NCBI GenBank assembly: GCA_965205865.1
Contig: CBDBHR010000029.1
Location: 192,001-256,000 of the forward strand
Origin: a bacterium
GTDB taxonomy: Bacteria > SAR324 > NAC60-12
Direction: 5' to 3'
DNA: 64,000 nt
This document shows, piece after piece, positions 59,587-64,000 of this stretch. Positions within the stretch are counted from its first letter, which is position 1. Each line of letters begins with the position of its first letter. Below the pieces are notes generated by a model. The model was given only the letters and a program-made list of their open reading frames with translations. It was not told where the DNA came from and did no database searches. Position numbers and translations under genes: made by a program.

Positions 59587-60519
59587 ATGGATCAAAGGGA
59601 ACTGTCACGAATCATAAGTCAATATGGTATCTACTTGCAAGTTGAAAAAGGATTTCAACCTGGAACCTATCATGTGTACCTGAGCAACGTACGATTCTTT
59701 TTCACATTTTGTTGCAAGTGTCACGACAAGTTATTTTTATCGGATGACTGGAGACTGTCGGATATTGGGGTGCGGGAACTGGAATTTTTTTTTCGAGAAC
59801 ATTTGCGAGTACGCCACTGGAAGGTCAACACGGTGATTTCCTATCTCACCAGCATTCGTTCATTTTTTCGTTTTTTGCAGGAAAACTCATACCTGAAAAA
59901 AAACCCGATTCGCAATTACACGATGCAAGAGAATGCGCGGGAGTTGGTGATTGCCAATATCACGGAATCAGAAATCCGGCAACTGTTCCAAGAGCCACCA
60001 GAACCAAGTTTTGAAGGTTATCGCAATCGTCTGATGCTGGAACTGTTTTACGGACTGGGTATCACGCCAAGCAAACAAATCCGCATCGTCCAGGTCCGGT
60101 TGGATGAAACGAGACAAACAGTGCGGATCACCTCAGGTCAGCAAACGCGGATGTTGCCGATTGCCAAACCGGCTATGGAAGTCTTGAAGCAGTATCAGGT
60201 AGCGCGCCAAGTAATCATTGACCACAGTGGACAGCCAAGCTCATCTTTTTTAATCAACGAATCCGGAAAGAAGCTGACACGTAAGAGAATGATTGAAGCG
60301 TTTAAAAAGGAATTGGCAAGAATTGGCTTGGTGGGTGAACATGCGCAAATTTTGCGAAATCTGTCCACCAAACATTTTGCGGAACATGGCGCTGATGTGC
60401 GCTCTCTGCAAACCCAAAGGGATATGCAGTCTTTTCACAGGCTGGATCTTTTTAAAGATGAATCCTTCGAAACCATGCTGATCCAATTCAAAAAAATGCA
60501 CCTGCGGGAATCATCCTAG
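59587..60519 (+). CDS. XerC/XerD-like tyrosine recombinase homologue lacking catalytic residues
   Basis: SAM-like N domain (SIRSFFRFL..KNP), RNRLMLELFYGLG, ILRN, GADVRSLQ, terminal MHLR; intact 310-aa ORF. Confidence 0.8.
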   Translation: MDQRELSRIISQYGIYLQVEKGFQPGTYHVYLSNVRFFFTFCCKCHDKLFLSDDWRLSDIGVRELEFFFREHLRVRHWKVNTVISYLTSIRSFFRFLQENSYLKKNPIRNYTMQENARELVIANITESEIRQLFQEPPEPSFEGYRNRLMLELFYGLGITPSKQIRIVQVRLDETRQTVRITSGQQTRMLPIAKPAMEVLKQYQVARQVIIDHSGQPSSSFLINESGKKLTRKRMIEAFKKELARIGLVGEHAQILRNLSTKHFAEHGADVRSLQTQRDMQSFHRLDLFKDESFETMLIQFKKMHLRESS

Positions 60520-60622
60520 CTCATGATCTTCCTTCTCCGAAGCCTGGTCCTCCATGGAAGCCGCCCGTTTTGTTGAATTTCTTTTAGAAGTCCCCTTACG
60601 CAACCACAAACAATTAACATCC

Positions 60623-61729
60623 TTAATAACATCCCATCATAGTTTCTTCCGCCAACATATCAACGATAGACTCCAAACTACCCGTTTCTTCGAATTTACG
60701 AAGTTGGCGGTCTGCGCTGCTACCTTCTTGGAGGATGGTGCGAATGTATTCTATTTCCTGGCGTGTCCCTAATTCATCGACCACATCGTCAATCAATTCC
60801 AGCAATTCTTCCATCAAAAATCGCAGTGGAACTTCTTTCTCCTTACCAAAATCGATTAATTTTGCATCCAAACCGTCTCTGAGGGCTCTCCATTTGTTTT
60901 CTGCAATGAGACTGGGACGATAAAGCCGCCAAGTTTGATTCTTTTCGCGCAACTGGATCAATTTTGCAACCAAGGTTTGAATCAAAGCTGCGATGGCAAT
61001 TACTTCATCGATTTTGGTGGTGCAGTCACAGACGCGAAATTCGAGGGTTGGAAAGTTAGGGTGTGGACGGATGTCCCACCAGATTTTTGTAGGATCATCA
61101 ATGCAATTGGTTTTGATCAAGGTGTCGATGTGTTTTTCAAAACCTTGATTGGAATCGAAATACTCCGGAAGGCCAGTACGGGGCAAGTCCTCAAAAATAA
61201 CGGTTCGATAGGATTTCAAACCAGTGTTTTGACCCAGCCAAAATGGAGAGGATGTGGAAAGTGCGAAGATATGAGGCAGGGTATAGCACGCTTGGTTCAT
61301 GATATCGATCCGTAAGTCGGGGTCGGGAATTCCGATATGTACGTGCATGCCGAAAATCAGCAATTGCCGACCGAGGATCTGAAAGTCAGCCATCAATCCC
61401 TGATAGCGTTTTTTTTCGGTGATCATCTGGTCTTGCCAGCGGGAAAATGGATGGGTGCCGGCGGCGACAATCTTGCGTCCGTTCTTGTTGGCCGTTTCAC
61501 AAACGATGCTACGTAGCCGGGTGACGTCCTGACGCGCTTCCTTGATGTTGCGGCAAATATTCGTGCACATCTCCACCTGGGACTGGAGCGCCTCGGGTTT
61601 GACCTGGTCCCGGAAAATAAATGTCCCTTTGTCCAGGATTTCAGAAATATAGGAAGTCAATTCCCGTGTTTCCGGGTCGATGATTTGATATTCTTCTTCA
61701 ATTCCAATAGTCAAGTCTTTGATATCCAT
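60623..61729 (-). CDS. Carboxylate-amine ligase / glutamate--cysteine ligase 2 (YbdK family)
   Basis: TIGIEEEYQ, AGTHPF, FGMHVHIG, SSPFW.G..TGL.SYR, WWDIRPHP.F.TLEFR.CD. Confidence 0.92.
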   Translation of the reverse strand: MDIKDLTIGIEEEYQIIDPETRELTSYISEILDKGTFIFRDQVKPEALQSQVEMCTNICRNIKEARQDVTRLRSIVCETANKNGRKIVAAGTHPFSRWQDQMITEKKRYQGLMADFQILGRQLLIFGMHVHIGIPDPDLRIDIMNQACYTLPHIFALSTSSPFWLGQNTGLKSYRTVIFEDLPRTGLPEYFDSNQGFEKHIDTLIKTNCIDDPTKIWWDIRPHPNFPTLEFRVCDCTTKIDEVIAIAALIQTLVAKLIQLREKNQTWRLYRPSLIAENKWRALRDGLDAKLIDFGKEKEVPLRFLMEELLELIDDVVDELGTRQEIEYIRTILQEGSSADRQLRKFEETGSLESIVDMLAEETMMGCY

Positions 61730-61801
61730 ACCGCCTTCTCCCCTTTTCAAGCATTCACACTACGCAATTCAGCAGTGTGAGTGATTCACTTTGATCTACC
61801 T

Positions 61802-62614
61802 TCAATCTTTCCATTGAGGTTTCCGTTTTTCAAAGAAAGCAGCGATGCCTTCTTGTGCGTCTTGCGATTTTACAGTTTTCTCCAGCATTTTCTTCAAGTA
61901 AGGCATAGCATCTTCCATGGGCATGAGTTCTTGATGGTAGAAAGCTTCCAATCCCATCTGCATGCTGGTAGGCGCCAGTCTCGACATTTCCCTGGCCAAT
62001 TCCGCAACTCGGCAATCAAGCTGATCTGCCGGGACGACTTCGGTTACCAGTCCGTATTGCTGCGCATGAAGGGCATTCATTGGATTGCCGCGCATGATGA
62101 AATCGAGTCCCGCGCGTCGTGGCATGACCCGGAACAATCCTGCCATCACCATGTAAGGCCAGAGACCTCGTTTGATTTCCGGCGCGCAAAAATACACGTG
62201 ATCGGAGGCAATCACATGGGTTGCATTGCAGATCATGAGGAGAGCGCCTGCCAGCACTGGTCCTTGGACTTTGGCAATAACTGGTTTGTACAGATTACGG
62301 ATGCTGTTGGCGATGTTCTTTTTGTCACTCGATCCGGGTACGGTACTCTTGGATTTTCGCTTCTGTCCTTGAAAAGATTTCAAATCCGCACCGGCGCAAA
62401 ATATATCGCCCTTGGCGGCCAAGACGACTACCCGGATTCCGCGTTCTTGCGCCGCATAACTCAAGGCGTAAATGAATTCGTTGGACAAGGTCTCGTTGAT
62501 GGCGTTTTTTTTCTCAGGACGATTGAGCGTCAGGGTCATGATGTGGTTTTGGACGCCCACCTCTATGGTGTCGAAGATGAGTCCGTCCAGGGTTAATAAT
62601 CCGGCGTTGTCCAT
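61802..62614 (-). CDS. Enoyl-CoA hydratase/isomerase family protein
   Basis: LNRPEKKNA, FCAGADL, KPVIA.V.G, PEI..G, DAQEGI.AF.EKRKP.W. Confidence 0.92.
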   Translation of the reverse strand: MDNAGLLTLDGLIFDTIEVGVQNHIMTLTLNRPEKKNAINETLSNEFIYALSYAAQERGIRVVVLAAKGDIFCAGADLKSFQGQKRKSKSTVPGSSDKKNIANSIRNLYKPVIAKVQGPVLAGALLMICNATHVIASDHVYFCAPEIKRGLWPYMVMAGLFRVMPRRAGLDFIMRGNPMNALHAQQYGLVTEVVPADQLDCRVAELAREMSRLAPTSMQMGLEAFYHQELMPMEDAMPYLKKMLEKTVKSQDAQEGIAAFFEKRKPQWKD

Positions 62615-62630
62615 GGCAATTCACTGATTT

Positions 62631-63208
62631 TAATTAGTAGCCTGTGATTTTCTGTTTTTGCGCCTCGATCTGAAAAATCCCACCAAACCCCCTTTGAAAA
62701 AAAGGGGGAGCAAGAAACAAATGATCCACGTTTTGAAAAATATCCTTGTATTCCTTTTTTTTCAAGGGATGAAGGGTTTTCGTACAAGCACTAATTAACC
62801 TGAGTTCGACATAAATCTTCAATAATATGAGTATCCTAGTGTATATGTCATCCTCGCGAAAGCGGGGATCCGGATTTCAGTCTGGCTGCATATCTCCGGA
62901 TTCCTGCTTTTGCAGGAATGACAAGGTTTCTCTAAGATATGAAGATTCCATAACATATTGAATTTATTAAATTCTTATCTCGAACTCAGGTTAATTAGTG
63001 CTTGGCCGAAAAATACTCAAATTGTTGATATTAAATGACATTTCTTCAATTTCATAGGATGAAGATTTGTCTGATACAGTGTTCAGATGACCAAAATCAG
63101 CAAAAAATGGGATTTTTGATGAGTTCCCCCAAAATCTTCGTTTCTTTAAAATATGTGAATACCATTAAATATCATGTAGTTATCTAATTTTCGGCCAAGC
63201 ACTAATTA
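62631..63208. mobile_element. Chain of three abutting MITE-like elements joined at TAATTA
   Basis: A 62631-62797 (degenerate TIR); B 62796-62993 (TAACCTGAGTTCGA.ATAA TIR, contains a REP at 62846-62923); C 62992-63208 (perfect 21-bp TIR TAATTAGTGCTTGGCCGAAAA). Confidence 0.8.
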
Positions 63209-63490
63209 GTTTAACATGGAAATCCCCTCCTTTTGGGTGGGGTTTAGTTTCCAGGCATTGCCGTTTGGGCGACTGATGCTACTTTCGATATCGTTGTTTC
63301 CACAGCAATATCATGAAAGGTAGTTATGTGCCGTTTTCGAAAATTATCACACACCCTCTGGCATTGCCAGTTTCATATGGTTTGCTGTCCCAAATATCGT
63401 TACCGTGTCTTGCATGGTGGTATTGGGGCGCTTGTTGAAAAGTGTATTCTCACTTAACGTGTACGGCAATATTGTGAGCTTGTTGAACTC

Positions 63491-63664
63491 AATGATCTGG
63501 GGGAGACCCCGCCCCACGAGGGACATGATGGTCAACAAAAGCAGCAACCCCGGGAAGGCCATCCAGGCATCGACAAATCTTTGCGCCACCAGGTCCACTT
63601 TCCCTCCAAGAAATCCGGAGAGACTACCGATCAGGACCGCGATGAACACATTGAGCGTAGTCGC
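63491..63664 (-). pseudogene. Internal dppC fragment
   Basis: ATTLNVFIAVLIGSLSGFLGGKVDLVAQRFVDAWMAFPGLLLLLTIMSLVGRGLPQII; both ends lost. Confidence 0.85.
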
Positions 63665-63841
63665 CGATCGTTTCCTGGCGCAGTACCGAGTGGATACCCA
63701 CGGGTGATCGGATACGAATTTTAGATCAATCGCAGATAGCAGTAGACATGTTGAGACAACGCCTTATTCCAGTGAAGCGGATGGACTCAGAATACAGAAA
63801 TTCAGGAAGAAATTTATTGATTTTTTGATGCCTCTCGACTC

Positions 63842-64000
63842 TCACCAATGCTTGATCATCTCGATCTCCGGGTTTGAGGTCGTATATAAGGACAATACCG
63901 GTGTATGGGCGTTCGGCGACTGCGTCACAGCCAGCATGATCATATCAGCCACATCCTCTGGCTGAGCCAGCTTCGACAGATCGTCCTTGTGGTTGTCGCG
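63842..64000 (-). CDS. 3' end of a probable SDR oxidoreductase; enters from the window edge
   Basis: ...DLSKLAQPEDVADMIMLAVTQSP...HW*. Confidence 0.55.
   Translation of the reverse strand, partial: RDNHKDDLSKLAQPEDVADMIMLAVTQSPNAHTPVLSLYTTSNPEIEMIKHW

Overview
Bacterial chromosomal segment of roughly 45-50% GC by eye. The gene style suggests a SAR324-like deltaproteobacterium (inference). The left edge holds the first two genes of a GC-richer type 3 BREX locus (brxF, partial brxC), joined directly to the tatA/B stop codon. Housekeeping and metabolic blocks follow: acyl-CoA synthetase, nth, a fungal-type aspartokinase, coaE, bactofilin, proS, tandem thyX, a partial nuoABCDHI cluster, amidase, fadB-like, copA, upp, menBCDF, rarA, D-lactate dehydrogenase, thiolase, gamma-CA, ilvD, glnB and a YbdK-type ligase. 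Accessory tracts (about 24.3-35.5 kb, 46.5-53.7 kb and 62.6-64 kb) carry GldF/GldG/DUF4340-FKBP genes, PhyH dioxygenases, several dppB/dppC copies and fragments, and a DUF6036 nucleotidyltransferase pair bracketed by 334-bp direct repeats. They also contain IS1380 and Rpn remnants, MITEs, REP-like palindromes and tandem repeats. The most notable observations are three intact ORFs that have lost catalytic residues: a XerC-like protein divergent from glnB, an HNH protein ending in a beta-clamp-type motif, and a DAG-kinase-like protein. Also notable are deletion-collapsed fossils of a URC pyrimidine-degradation operon and a HigBA operon, which the ORF track misses or shows only in part. No rRNA, tRNA or CRISPR array was seen. 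All family assignments rest on motif recognition, not database searches.
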